Shown in pieces: positions 35,428-47,749 of a DNA stretch of 47,749 nt. The notes beneath the pieces were generated by a model. That model saw only the letters and a list, made by a program, of their open reading frames with translations, was not told the DNA's origin and did not search any database. The translations under genes and the position numbers were made by a program. Numbering within the stretch: the first letter of the stretch is position 1; every line of letters begins with the position of its first letter. The stretch covers positions 496,001-543,749 of the forward strand of contig NW_026250428.1 in the NCBI RefSeq assembly GCF_024521635.1. The letters are read 5' to 3'. This stretch comes from Tricharina praecox. Its lineage: Eukaryota.

Positions 35428-37739
35428 ATGTTCCGACCAGCAACGCCTCTGAGCATACTGCTGCTCGCGGCATTCGCGTTGCTGTTGCTGAGCACGCTGA
35501 GCAGTCCGATCATCAATTCAATAAACATCGCGACTTTTGGTGGCGTCAAGTTCGGGGTCTTTGGCTGGTGCTCGGATACAGCAGGATGCAGTAAAGTGGG
35601 ATTCGGATACGATATGGGTACGTCGCGTCTCTCGCGGATTCTGGCGGCGATGGGCGACGCGGTGGTCGGCGCGATTGTACGGGGAGGAGCTCGGGGGCGG
35701 AAGGTTGGGAACCGAGGAGCTGACGGGGAGTTGCCATCGCAGATACGATCCTCGCCAACGAGGGCAAGTCCGACTTCTCGCTACCCAGCAAAGCTCGCAA
35801 CTCCCTCACGAACCTGTTGATCGTCCACCCGATCGCTGCGTTCCTGACGTTGATCCTGTTCATTCTCAGTGTCGCCGCACACCTGAACAAGCCCGCGCAC
35901 TCCCCGAAATACCTCCTCGCGTTGTTGATCCTTTGTCTGCCGACACTGATCGTTACTCTCCTCGCGTTCCTCGTCGATATCCTCATCTTCCTTCCGCACG
36001 TGCAATGGGGCGGGTGGATAGTTCTGGCGGCGACCATTCTAATCGTGGTCAGTGGATTCGTCATGTGCGGCATGCGTCGGCAGATCGTGGGTCGCATCGC
36101 GCGAAGCAAGAGGATCCAGGACAATGCGGAGATGAACGGTCAGGGCCAAGCTCAAAACAACTATTTCCGCAACCAGCCGGCGCCGGCGGAGAGCGAGGAC
36201 AAGCTTCCCGAATTCGCCATGTTTGAGGTCAACAAGCCCGGCCAGCCATCCCAGCAAGATGGGGATCGGGTTCCATTGAATCCTAGGACTGCGGCGCTGG
36301 AGCCGCAGGAGGATGGTGTCTACACGCGTTCGAACACGCTGCGGACCGAGAGTAGCGATCGGAGTAACCATGGTGCTCATTCTGCTCGTGGTGTCGGGCC
36401 GATGGGACCGACCGCTCCGATGGGAGGACAGTACAGGGGCCAGTATGCAGGTTCGAATCATAGTTCCGCCAACGGAGGTTCGGCGCCGTATGGACCGCCG
36501 CCACAGATGCGAGGGGGCCAGGGAGTTTATGCTGGGGAGAGAGGTGGTCAGGGAGGATATGCTGGGGAGAGAGGGTTTGGAGGAGAGAGGGGATACGGAG
36601 GAGGAGGAGGAGGAGGACCGCAACCTATGCCCATGCTAAGAACATTCGACGGGCCACCGCAAGGAAGACTCGGACCCTCACCGGGCCCAGGGGGCTTCCG
36701 AGGACCACCGGCAGGATACGATCGCGAGCCTCGACGAGGAGGACCATATCAAGGCGGCTTCACACCGGGACCGGGATCGATGAATCGTGGACCTCCCCCT
36801 CCCCCTCATGGTTATGGTCCGCAAAGCAACTATGGTTCTCAGCCTAGGGGTATGGGTCCGCCTGGTATGGGGGTGGTGGCCGGTGGCGGCCTTCGCGCAC
36901 CACCACCACCGCGCCGTCAGCAGCCTCCACAGGAAGCATATGACTTTCCCGCCGGAATTGAGAATACCCACTCGGACGAGCGAAGGGAGTTCGAACAAAC
37001 GCTTGCTCCAGTTAATACCGAGGTTATCGGCAGGGCGCTCTCGGACGGTGGTCGCCTGGAGGAGACGACACGGCCGCAGGAACTGGCAGCGCTGAGTAGC
37101 GAATCCGGCAGTGGAACTGGAAAGCTAGCAGTGGTCAATGAGTCACACCCAGTGTTCGGGGAGGACAGTTACATTCCCCCACGAGCACAACGGCCGATGG
37201 ACGACATGCAAAGCCCTGCAGCACGGAACAGCCTGAACGAATTGCCCGGGTCATCGGTGACACGGCCCGGACCCCCCTCTCGTGCCGGCTCGTCGAAATC
37301 GAAGCGCGTGTCGGACTCGTACTACGAAGATGTGGCACCGCAGTTCGACACATCGTTCCAGGACGACCGAAGAATACCCACCCCACCGCTGCCGGCAGTG
37401 CCGCACCAACTGTCACCGGTGGTTCCCAACGCGGTATCTTACGATCCCCCCACAGGCGCACCGTGGAATCCGCACCCCCCTCCTATCCCGGACAACGAAG
37501 ACGACGGACCGAGAAGCCCGACTATGTCGACCGCAAGCGGGTTCACGAGCATATCGCAGCGAGGCATCAACCCGCGGTGGCAGGAGGAGCAGAGCAAGCT
37601 CGCGCCGGGCCGGCCACAGGGAGGCTTGGGCCGACATAGTGTGGGGCTGCAGGGAAATCCCGACTTTGAGCTGCCTGTGCCAAGGGGCCGGGCGGGTCGT
37701 GGTGGGCGCGCTGGAATGCTGGGACCTGGGTTCAGATGA
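35428..37739 (+). CDS. palI: PalI/Rim9 pH-signalling membrane protein (SUR7/PalI family), ~728 aa, 2 exons
   Basis: Exons 35428-35617 and 35743-37739. MFRPATPLSILLLAAFALLLLS..., FGVFGWC...CSKVGFGY claudin-like motif, LLIVHPIAAFLTLI, LAFLVDILIFLPHVQWGGWIVLAA, then a long Gly/Pro-rich tail with SGFTSISQRGINPRW and NPDFELP. Confidence 0.9.
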
Positions 37740-38457
37740 TGAGATACGGATACGGATGCATGCGCTGGAGCCTGGCAGAGGGACATGTGGCACGTAAATA
37801 GCTGTGGATATTTTTTTTCGGAGATGGGGCGGAGGTGTTTTGTTTGTTTATCGTTTTCTCATTTCTCATTTTCTCGTCTTTTTTTTCATGCTTGCTCTCA
37901 TTGCATTTCCTTCCTTCCTTCCGTTCTATATACCTTGTTTTTGATCAGCTTCGGGGTTTCTATTCTACACGGTCAAATCTTGCTATTCATTCACTTCTAT
38001 TTTCTTTTCGGGTTTGATTATTCGTTGTTGGTTGTTGTTGGGCATTCTGGTACTGTCATTCATTACATTACATTGCACTTTGCTTTTTTATCTTCTACCT
38101 TTACGTTTACCTTTATCTTCTCTTTCTGTTTCTCTTTATCTCTTTATCTCTTTCTCTTTCTATTCAGAAGAAGTACCCGTAAGTTACTTGTGTGCACGTA
38201 CAGAGGAGCAAGCGAGGGAAGTTCCTACTACCCATTATCATACCTAGTTTGGTTTGGTTTGGTTAATGCAACTTGTTGCTGACTGCGATGGTGATGGTGA
38301 TGGTGATGATGGTATCTGTACGGTACCGATATTTACTCTACAGGGGGATGGAGGGAGAATTGAATGTTGCTTGCAGGCGTTGAGATGTCACTCTTTTGGG
38401 GCGGGTGGGAGGCGTGTGTGCACTGTGGACAATAAGACTTAACCACGGCCGCGTAGA

Positions 38458-38505
38458 TTAAACAGGTATATGTTTAGACAGGTGTATGTTTAAACAGGTG
38501 TATGT
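38458..38505. repeat. 16-bp tandem repeat x3 (TTARACAGGTRTATGT)
   Basis: Units at 38458, 38474 and 38490. Confidence 0.85.
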
Positions 38506-40741
38506 TCGCACAGTACGAACGAAAGCAAGGGCGACGAGTGATGCACATCTGTAGAATCTAGAATCCATCGGGCTCTGTCAAAGCGAGGTTGCAGCGAGAA
38601 TGCGCGAAGTGTGGCGAGTGATCCCGGCATGGGTCTATGTGAACAGCGAACAGCAGGAGAAGTAGGCGTGGCTACTCTATCACCTTCAACCTCGCACAAA
38701 CGGTAGGAGTTGAAACAACTGATGTAGCTAATAGTTGGAGGAGCGAGGAATAGCAGCCGGGAAGGTGAAGGTAAATGGGGATGCAGCAGTGAAGTTTGAA
38801 GCTGTGTCGGCGGGGCGAGGGGGGGGAGGTTTATACTAAAAGATTTCTGCATGTCGACGGATTGAGAATATCCGTCGTGGTTGTCGTGACGGGGTGGAAG
38901 AGAATAATGGAAGGAATGGAAGGAATGAAGTATGTAGGTGGCTGAATCTGGATCTGTTGGCTTGGAAACAAAACACTATATTCTTCCAGGGCGAACGAAT
39001 AAAGTGTATGGTCACTTTCGTATCAACAAATATCTGACTATCTGATACCGGCGCTCATATGACAATACCTAGCATGCATGGCTACTCGTCCCGCGCCTGT
39101 CTGATGCCGCCCAAATGTGCCCTCCATCTGCACAGATCGTGGGCCGGGGACGGGGGTGCACTCGATACATATCCGCAGACCGTGTTTCTGAAACTGCACG
39201 CAACGATGTGTGTTTTTATTCCAAGTCTATCTCACAAACTCGAGGACCTGTAAATCTTCCGTCCCGCCGCCAGGCTCACGTGCCAATGTCTAACCTTAAC
39301 GCCACAAATGCGGCGCCTAACAGCCATCTCCATCACCCATTCCGCTGCCACACGGCAGATCCCCACAAATGACGCTTCACCGGAAAAAATGCTGGTCGAC
39401 ACGACCGCGTGTGGGCAGTTGTGGGCCTTGGGAGCCAGTTCGCAGAGATTCCGAAACAATAGGATCCGACCGATGCCTGTAGCCCTGCTGTCAAACTCCA
39501 GTCGGAGAACGCGCCATACCTTGGCATGAACAGTCGTGTCGGCCCCGGGCGCTAGTCCGTGCCGGTTCCGAAACGGCAGCATCCCGATGACTGTAGCCGT
39601 AACTGTAGCCGTAGAGTACTGTCGAATCCAGCCCGCGAACAAGCCGTATGTCAGCTGTAAATCCTCGATGTTTTCGGTGTTTTCGAGTGATAATCGAATC
39701 TCATCGGAAACGTAGCGTAGGCGGCATCGATCTTCCGCGTGGGATGGTGAAGCTCGGAGCTCGGAGCTTGGAGTAGTGAGCTTGTCGAAGCTTCGAAGCT
39801 TCGATAGCTGGGTTTCCGTAGCTGGACTTCCGTAGCTGCGCTTGCGGAGTCTGGGCTCCCAGACTCCAGACTTGGCACGCTCCGGAGTCCGAAGCTTTAA
39901 AGCGCCAAGCCGGCCCATCCCATCCCCCCGGCCCCCGGGTATATCCGCCCGGCTGATCGGTGCTGCACACGTGATATGTAATCGCCGATGTGCTGGGTGT
40001 GTTAGCGTGCAGTCGAGTCTCGACAGAGTTTTGAGGTTATTGCGGTGGTGCGGGGTCACGGTTTGATCTGATGGAGAGAGGATGCTTGGGTACATGGTAC
40101 GGTATTGGCATCTGAATGAAGCAGTCAGCCTGTCGATTCTCGAAAGCCCACGATACGATAGCTATGAAACCCCCCTGTGCAAACGACACACAACCCGGGG
40201 CCAAGTACTCGTGAGTCGTGGCCAACTGCGACTCGGCAGACGGGTTAACAGCAGACATCTTCAGGAGATCGCACGATTCGAAATAGCGACGTAGACGAGC
40301 CCATCCAGCAGCGAAGAAAGCAGCGAAGAATATATGTAATAATTCTGATGATTTTAAATACAGCAAAGCAATGCAGATACTCCGGTAAACCCCCAAGAAA
40401 AAGAAAGAGAAAGAGAAAAAGAAAGACAAACGAAAGAGCCATCGTCGCGATGAATGTAAGTTCTCTAGAAAGAACGTACGCCAAAACTGAACAGAAGAAC
40501 GGAAAACAGAAAGAGGAAAAACAAAAACAAAAACAAACGCCACCCGTGTAGTCAAAAACAAATCCATAAACAAATCCGCACCGACCGACCGCACCGTGGG
40601 ACAAATGGAACACCCGTGTAATGAATGACTGGACGAAAGGAAGTTCCGATGTATGTGTGTATGTGTGTATCGCTCGCCACACTCTGCTTTTCTTCTTTCA
40701 CTTCTTTTCTCTTTTCTTTTCTTCTCTACCGCTCGCTCGTT

Positions 40742-42494
40742 CTACCACACAGGCCGGCTCAGGAACTTCTGCTTCTCGCTTGTCGACAGCCGCACCTTCT
40801 TCGGGATGCGCTTGTGGCCGTTGTTCTTCCGCGGGGGCAGAATCTTCTTCTGCGAGGAGCGCGAGGTGGAAGCGCGGATGAGCTTTGGGCGCTGGAGCGT
40901 GGGTATAGGGAGCTCGATGGCCTCGATGAGAGCCTGTACGGTCTCCTCTTCCTCAACAACGGCGAGCTCGGTCTCGCAGACGGTGTGGATGGTCTTCTCC
41001 TCGGCGGGGGACTGGGCGACGATAGCTTCCTCCTCATCCTCCTCCCTGGACTCGTACTCGTCGCCCTCCATGCAGATACCCGAGTCGACGTGCTCGAGGG
41101 CAGGGCGGACAAAGTCCAGTGGCTCCTCCTTGACATCGTCATCATCGTTGTTGCTGGAGCTGACACTCGTAGCGGGGGAGTCAGGACGGCTCTCGTTCTC
41201 GTCGCCCGACGAGCCGTTGCGGGAGTCGTCGTGTTCGCTGGAGTGGCCGCTATCGTGGTCGTAGTTGTCAGAGCCGTTCTCGGAGCCGGACTCGGCAGAG
41301 TCCATCTCCATCATCTCGATCTCGATCTCGGCGACGGCGCCGGCGGTGGGGGCCCGCATCGTCGCCTCAAACTCCTTGAGCACGTCGTCGATGATCGGGA
41401 AGTGCGGGGCTTCGCGGTTGATCTGGCGCGAAGGCGGCCGCGAGAACTCCTGGCCCGGACCCGAGGCGGAGGCGCTGTCGATGAACTCGCCGAAGGAGCG
41501 CAGCGAGGACTGCGACGACGAGGACTCCTCGAGCTCTTCCATGCTGAACACGTGCAGTGCCGTGTCCTCGTCAGCGGGGATGACCTCGAGCTTGGTCTCG
41601 GCGGGGGATGGGCGAGGGGGGAGCTGCGGCGGCGGGCCGCAGGTCGCAGTGGCCATGGCGGCGGCAGAGGCGGCCTGCTGCAGCGCTTGCTTGCGCGCGC
41701 CGAGGACTTGTGCCAGCTCGCGGTGAACGGCCTCCATCTCCGCCATTAGCGTGAAGGTGTCGTCGTACAAGGGCGCTTCCTTCTCTTCCTCGATGGCAGC
41801 GAGAACGGGAGCTTCAACCTCGGCTGGGAGGGAAACTTCGGGAACGGCGACGACCTCCTCGACCTCGATCTCGGGAACAGAGACGACCTCCTCGATCTTC
41901 TCAATCGAGAGCTCGGGCTCAGCGATCACAACGGGTGCGACAGTGACCTGGTGATATCGTTAGTATTTCTATATATTTTTGAGTGGATTCATTTGTTCTC
42001 GCAATTACCTGTTCAGCCTCGACGGGCGTCTCGGTGGCTGTGCGGGGTTCCTCATCGATGACAGGGAGTCTCTGACGGCTTGCAGTAGTACGAGCAGCCT
42101 CAGCCTGTTCCGCGATGTGTCTCTGCATGATTTCCATTCCGATCTATTCGCCGCCACACGTCAGTCCCAACTATCCCAATCACCGTCACACACGAGGGAA
42201 TAGATATCCTCCTACCTTCTGGGCCCTCCAAGCCATCTGGGAGTCGAGCCAGACTACGCCGAAAGCGGACAGGGTGAACAGCCAGACCTGGCTGAAGTAC
42301 AGGGCGGTGACCAGGGTGGCGGCGAGATAGGCGAGCGGCGCGAAGAAGAAGGTGCCATCTACATCGTCCACCGACGTCAACTTCGGAACGGGCTTGAGCG
42401 CAACATCCCAGACATGGCACAGCGCAGCCAGTACGACGTGGAAATGTGTGTTGCTCGTGGAGGGGGGAGTCGGACCTCTGCGTGAGTCGGACAT
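40742..42494 (-). CDS. Uncharacterised protein, ~539 aa, with N-terminal hydrophobic segment and long acidic disordered body, 3 exons
   Basis: Exons 42494-42216, 42143-42009, 41947-40742 join in phase 0 through GTAGGA..TAG and GTAATT..CAG introns with CTGAC/CTAAC branch points. Strong coding codon bias. Confidence 0.78.
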
Positions 42495-44528
42495 CTTTTC
42501 TGTTATGGTTGGATGGATGGGTGCGGGATGGATGGATGGGTGCGGGATGGATGGATGGATGGATGCTGGAGGCGGGGAGGTGAGGCGGTATATAAACAGA
42601 TGGGACGTTTGGTCGGTGCTGTTTGCTGGGAAGGAGAAGATCGACTTCGAGTGTGTAGAAGACGATTGAGAGCTGGAGAAATCAACAACCGCTGGCTGGA
42701 TGGATGGATAGATGTCAGGCCTGCTTGTGCCGATGACTGGGTGGATGAGGGAAGAGAGTATCGAAATAAACAGAGGAGGAAGACGAAGAATGCGGGCAGT
42801 TATATCCGAATTCCACGGCCTCCCAGCTACGAGTCAGGTTGAACAGCAGGAAGAAGGCTCCGTCGCAGCGTCGGTCCAGTGATGCTTGCGGGTTTCTCCA
42901 CTCCATAGATTTTTCCTGCCTTGCTATTGGAGATGCACGATTATTTTTCGCTCCCAACCCTCACCATCGAAAGACGTGGTGACATCTCCTGGTGTCGTCG
43001 TCGTCGGTGTCGTAAAAAGATCCAACGCATGTGTTAGGTAGACATGTCGGAGGCTCCCGAATGCATGCGCTGGCACCTCACGCAGCCCCCCTCGGCGCCA
43101 CACACACTCCGACCGGGTTCGTCGAATAGAGAGAGTTCCTGCACAGGAATAGCGAACCACTCTAACTAAAGCCTGCGGCTCACTGGGTTGTAGGCCCATC
43201 GGGATTTTCTGACGTTGCCCTTCTGTTCGGGCACTTATGCGGGCCACTCTATTTTGATGGGTTGTGAGTGTGCTCAGCGCGTCCGGGACACCGCCGGCCA
43301 ATCGACTCGGCCGCTGTGGGACCGCCTTAATCAATGCCTTGCCGGGTGCTATACGTAGAGGCACTTTGCCATTCGATAATCGACGTCGGCACTGGGGCGA
43401 GCTGGCAGTAGCCCCTTCCCCCCATTTACCTCATAGCTGCTGGCCGTGGCCATCCGGAAGAATAAGGTTCCTGTTTGGCACCGTCGAGCCCAAGGGAAAG
43501 GTACCCGATGATGATGGATGGTGCTGTACAGGCACGACATTCCGTAAAGCTCCATCTCAGGCGTGGTAGGTATCCAGTAGGTAGTGGAGGGGAGGGTGGA
43601 ACCGGGCACGGAGGGAGTCTGAGTGCTTTCATGCGGCCTCACTCGTGCTCACTGCTCACTCCGCCAGTCCGGGGTACCTGTGCCGTAGCGCTGAGCGGTC
43701 TCACAGCGAGCTAGAGGTACATACGACTAGTAGCAGCAGTAGGTACAGTGCTGCAACCTTCCATCGTGACTTCTTTCCTGCGGCGACCGAGCGATAGAGA
43801 TTTCAGCTCTCGTGCAATAACGATGCCGCCGAGCTGCAAACTCGGGACACGACCCAATGAGCGCAAAGTGCCCACCAAGAAGCCCGCCGCCGCCCCGCGC
43901 CCGCACCCTTTGTTTTTCCGCACCGGATCCTAAGTACCGCAGACGATCGGGCTCTCCGTCCGTTTGACCCTTGACACGACAAGTGGGACCATATGTAGGC
44001 CAAGTCGGAACCGGACACTCCCAGACTGCCATGTTTCCATGTTTCCACGTTACATATCCTACCTACATGCCCAACGGCAACGGCAACGGCAACGGCTCGA
44101 TACGATACAATACCGTACATACGACGTTCAATCTCCAGCGGTGCAGCGGTGCAGCCAGCCAGGCATCCGTCTGATTTTCGTTTACTGTCTCGCTCCCCTG
44201 GGTGGCTGCCTGCCTTACAACGTCGTTCGTTTCCTGATTTTTTTTCCCTCTTCACTCGCTGCGGCATTTGAAACCGCTCCGTCGGCCTGAAACCCAAAGG
44301 CGTGGTGGTGGTGGTGGTGGTGGTGATCCCTCCCTGTTGGCGAGAAGACGAAGAACGAAGATCTGCCCAATCGTGCATGCAGCCTTACCTGCGGGACTAA
44401 TCATAGCACACCTCTCACACTTCCCGGTCGGTCGCCCATGCCTGTCTCCCATGCCAGCGAGAAAAAAAAACCGATCGGTGCGATCGGTGGTTCTGGTGGA
44501 GGTGGTGCTGCTGCTGGTGGTGGTGCCA

Positions 44529-44597
44529 GTGGTGGTGGTGGTGGTGGTGGTGGTGGTGGTGGTGGTGGTGGTGGTGGTGGTGGTGGTGGTGGTGGTG
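44529..44597. repeat. (GTG)23 perfect microsatellite
   Basis: Uninterrupted GTG run with imperfect units extending leftwards to about 44494. Confidence 0.92.
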
Positions 44598-47500
44598 TCG
44601 ATTAATGCAGGCGGCGACCGGGCGGTAATGTTCCTGAGCCGCCTTTCAGAATTCAGCCACACCTCACTCTTGGTTGTTGAGTGCTTGCTGCAAGCCACCA
44701 TGCACCCACGGTTTGAGGGGAGGGGGGCAAGAGGGGGAAGGGCACGCGCGCGCTCGCGGGATGCCGATGTCGATGTCGAAGTTGAGACTCTACATACGGT
44801 GCCGTACATACCGTAGGTTCGCAAGCTCTGGGGACTAGGGACGGGACTGGCTCTGCTCGACGGACGCAGCTAACTACGGTACGGTACCCCGTGTTCAGAC
44901 TCCAGAGTCCAGTATCCAGTGTCGTTCCTTTTGCTCGACTCTCCCCTCACTTCGGCCCCATATTTACACACTCGACACAGTTGTGAGGAAAATTATCCAG
45001 ATCGATGGCCCGCGTCTCGTCGCTCTACATGTGAACTAGACGGCGAGCAACTGCAGACATTTCCGCCATGCCCCGCCCTCACCTCTCCTCCCCCTATCCC
45101 CCATCTCACATCCCCCCATCCCCTCGCTCAGCTTAGTTAACATGCGGCCATATTTTTTTTCCTTTTCTTCTCCACCGCGAAGTTCGTCGCCGTCGCCCGC
45201 AGCTGCCGGCCGAAAGTGCACTGGTACATATACCCACCTTCGCGCTGTGTCGGGCCTTCGACGACGGGCATTCGCTGGGAGTAGGAATTCCGCCGTGCGC
45301 CGTGCGGCGTGGGGTGTGTTGCGTGGTCACTGGTCAGCGCAATAAGAAAAGAAAAGACAAGAAAAAAAAGAAACCCCCCCCATCCAGCCATCCATCTCGA
45401 TCGCGAGAAACGGCGGGATCGGGCAATTTTGCGATGGAGTTGGGTCGTTTGGCGGTGATGGTGGTGGTGGTGGTGCGATAAAGAAAGCAGGCAAGCAAGC
45501 GGAAAGTCAATATATGCGTTTCAATTCGAATCGAATAGATAGATCGAATCCTCGATGGGCTGCGGCGGCGAGCGGGGTAGTAAGCTGGCTGACTGCGAGA
45601 GAGAGCGCACGGATGATGGAGGAGGAACAGGAGGAGGAACAGGAGGAGGAGGAATCAGGATGCTCAGATCAATCAATCAATCATCCTCCCAATCAAAAAA
45701 GTGGGGCTCCGACGAAAAGCAAAGCGAAAGCATGGTGGGGTCGTCTGTCGCCCGCGGGTATGCTGATGTCATTGGACTGGCTCTGATTGACTTTTCGCCT
45801 GGGCAGTGATGTCGGTAGAGTGTGTACATCCACTGTACAGCTCGTTTAACGGTTTTGCGAAGCCGAAGCTGCTGCGCAGAGAGGCTGCTTGCTCTCGAAG
45901 TACGTCAAGTATTTACCGTACATAGAGTGCGCATAGAGTGCGTTCTGTCTGTCTCTGCACTGCGTGCCCATCCTCTCTGGACGCAACTCTGTCATCCCAA
46001 TGCACTCTAGGTACTCTATCGAACTTCATCTTCATCTTGTACCGCCCCATCGTCACCTACGTGCCCACCCACTCTAAACGTCGCGAGGCCTTTCTGCATT
46101 CCCATGATTCATCACCATCATCGTGCTGAGTGCATAGGGACGTCCACGGGTGAGGGCTGCCTGCTATCGACGGTCGAAACAGCCGTGGCCGGACGTCGAA
46201 GACCGGTCCATGAGAAGTAAGAAGTACTTTGTCTGTCTAGAGTACTCTGTGGCTGACGAACCCTGTACGGACCAGGAACAGCTAGAGTAGGTATCGTACT
46301 CTATCTCCTCTAGCTGCTCTATCTAGTTTGCAACCAGCGAAACCAAACCAAACGCACATCACAACTCGACTTTGTAACCAGACCGCTTTTGCGAACCATC
46401 GTCACGATCCCGATCCCGAGCGTTCGTGAAGGATCTTCACCGACTCTTCAACCCCACGCCCCCCGCCGCAGACCGTCGCCGTCTCCCCGCGTCATCCCCC
46501 TCGTCGCCCCCCGCCCTTCGGCTGCTTCCTTCTCGTCGCCGGCTCCGATCGATCGAGAGAGCGAGCCTACATCAGTACACCTCCATGGGCTAGTTAACTA
46601 CCCCGCACGCGTGCATAGCTAGAGTAGAGTAGGTAGCGACGGCCACGGACGGACAGAGAACACAGCTTGCCTGCCGCGAGTCCAGCTTCCGCGGGGCGAG
46701 CGGGGCAAATATTTTCAGAGCATCAGCGCATGTGGTATTCCGCTCCTGGCTACTATTCCCATTCTCCGTTCTCACCGCCTCGTTGGAAAGTTCACTGATC
46801 GTCGCCGTTGCTCGTGTGAATACCAGGAAGGCTGGATAGCTAGGTAGCTACCTCGCCTACGAGTTCTCGCGAATCGCAGTCCCAGCCCAGCAGCCTTACC
46901 AGAACTCGCGTAATCACTCGATCACCACGCGACAGAGAGACGGACGGACTGACGGAACGCTCGTGAATTGAAAATCCAGAACGCTCTCTCTCTCACTCTC
47001 TCCCGCCCGGAATGGGAAGTTGCACGACAAATTCTCTCGCTCGGCTACCCTCTCCGGAGTCCGGCTCTCATCCGCTTCAGGGATGCCGAACGCCATTCCG
47101 GCGGCGGCGCGAATTGCGATGAGGGGGATGTTTCGTCATCTAAAATTTTCATCTATCGTTCTGCAGGATGGGCGGTGCTATCAATCGGCGCGCCACCCCG
47201 ATCTACCCACGGCAGTGACAGTTTCGTTTCCGAGGGTGCTGCTGGTGGTGGTCCTGGTGGTGGGTGTCTCGTTTGTTCCGGCCGGGTCTGCTTCCCGTTG
47301 AGAAAATGTGTTTACCGCGATCTGGTAATAGCTGGGCGGATGGGCGGATGGGCGGATGGGCTGATGGGGAGTGTGTGTGCGTGTGTCTGTGTGTGTGTGT
47401 GGGTGGGAAGAATACTCAGATACAGGTCTCAGATACCGGTAACTATGCTCGACGACGGCAAGATCAGGTTAGCTGCGCCACCGGGAATCGCGATGACAAT

Positions 47501-47749
47501 CTACATTGTCCAGCTGGGAAATCTGCCGCGACGGGAACGTCGAGACTCGATGCTGTCGCCAGTGCCGGTGTAGGTATAAACTACTCGTTCCCTTCGTTCG
47601 CGACGTTGAAAACGTCCTGTTGCAGTCGCGGCTGCGGAAACCCACTTACGTAGCACCACCACCGCTGTGAGGAAGAAGAAAAAGCTCGCCGCTCTCGGAA
47701 CTTCAATCGGATCAGAGCAGGTCGGAAATCTACATGCCCTACTCACCAG

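Noticed and set aside
39232..40095. 287-aa minus-strand ORF
   Set aside because: Non-ATG start in the track, no codon bias or domain, and it crosses short repeats.

Overview
Intron-containing genomic DNA from a filamentous ascomycete. Short GT-AG introns with CTRAC branch points and the style of the LINE relic suggest a Pezizomycete (inference). Seven conserved genes could be spliced by eye: TAF14 (YEATS/ET), an Sso-type syntaxin, MGR2/Romo1, LIP5 lipoyl synthase, ASE1/MAP65, PTC1 PP2C and palI/RIM9. There are also two uncharacterised membrane proteins (759 aa at 2315-4594; ~539 aa at 40742-42494). Between LIP5 and ASE1 (~14.1-23.2 kb) is a variable island with two duplicated small orphan gene families, ordered A-B-B-A on the minus strand; one copy of each family is damaged. 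The island also holds tandem repeats and a 5'-truncated, decayed RNase H-bearing LINE. The most interesting leads are the orphan A/B cluster, the 759-aa protein with an N-terminal Atg8-interacting-like motif plus TM helix and luminal domain (ER-phagy-receptor-like layout), a syntaxin with a Thr/Ala-rich extracellular tail, a GC-AG intron in ASE1 and long ATG-free leaders. No rRNA, tRNA or CRISPR features were seen. No database searches were run.
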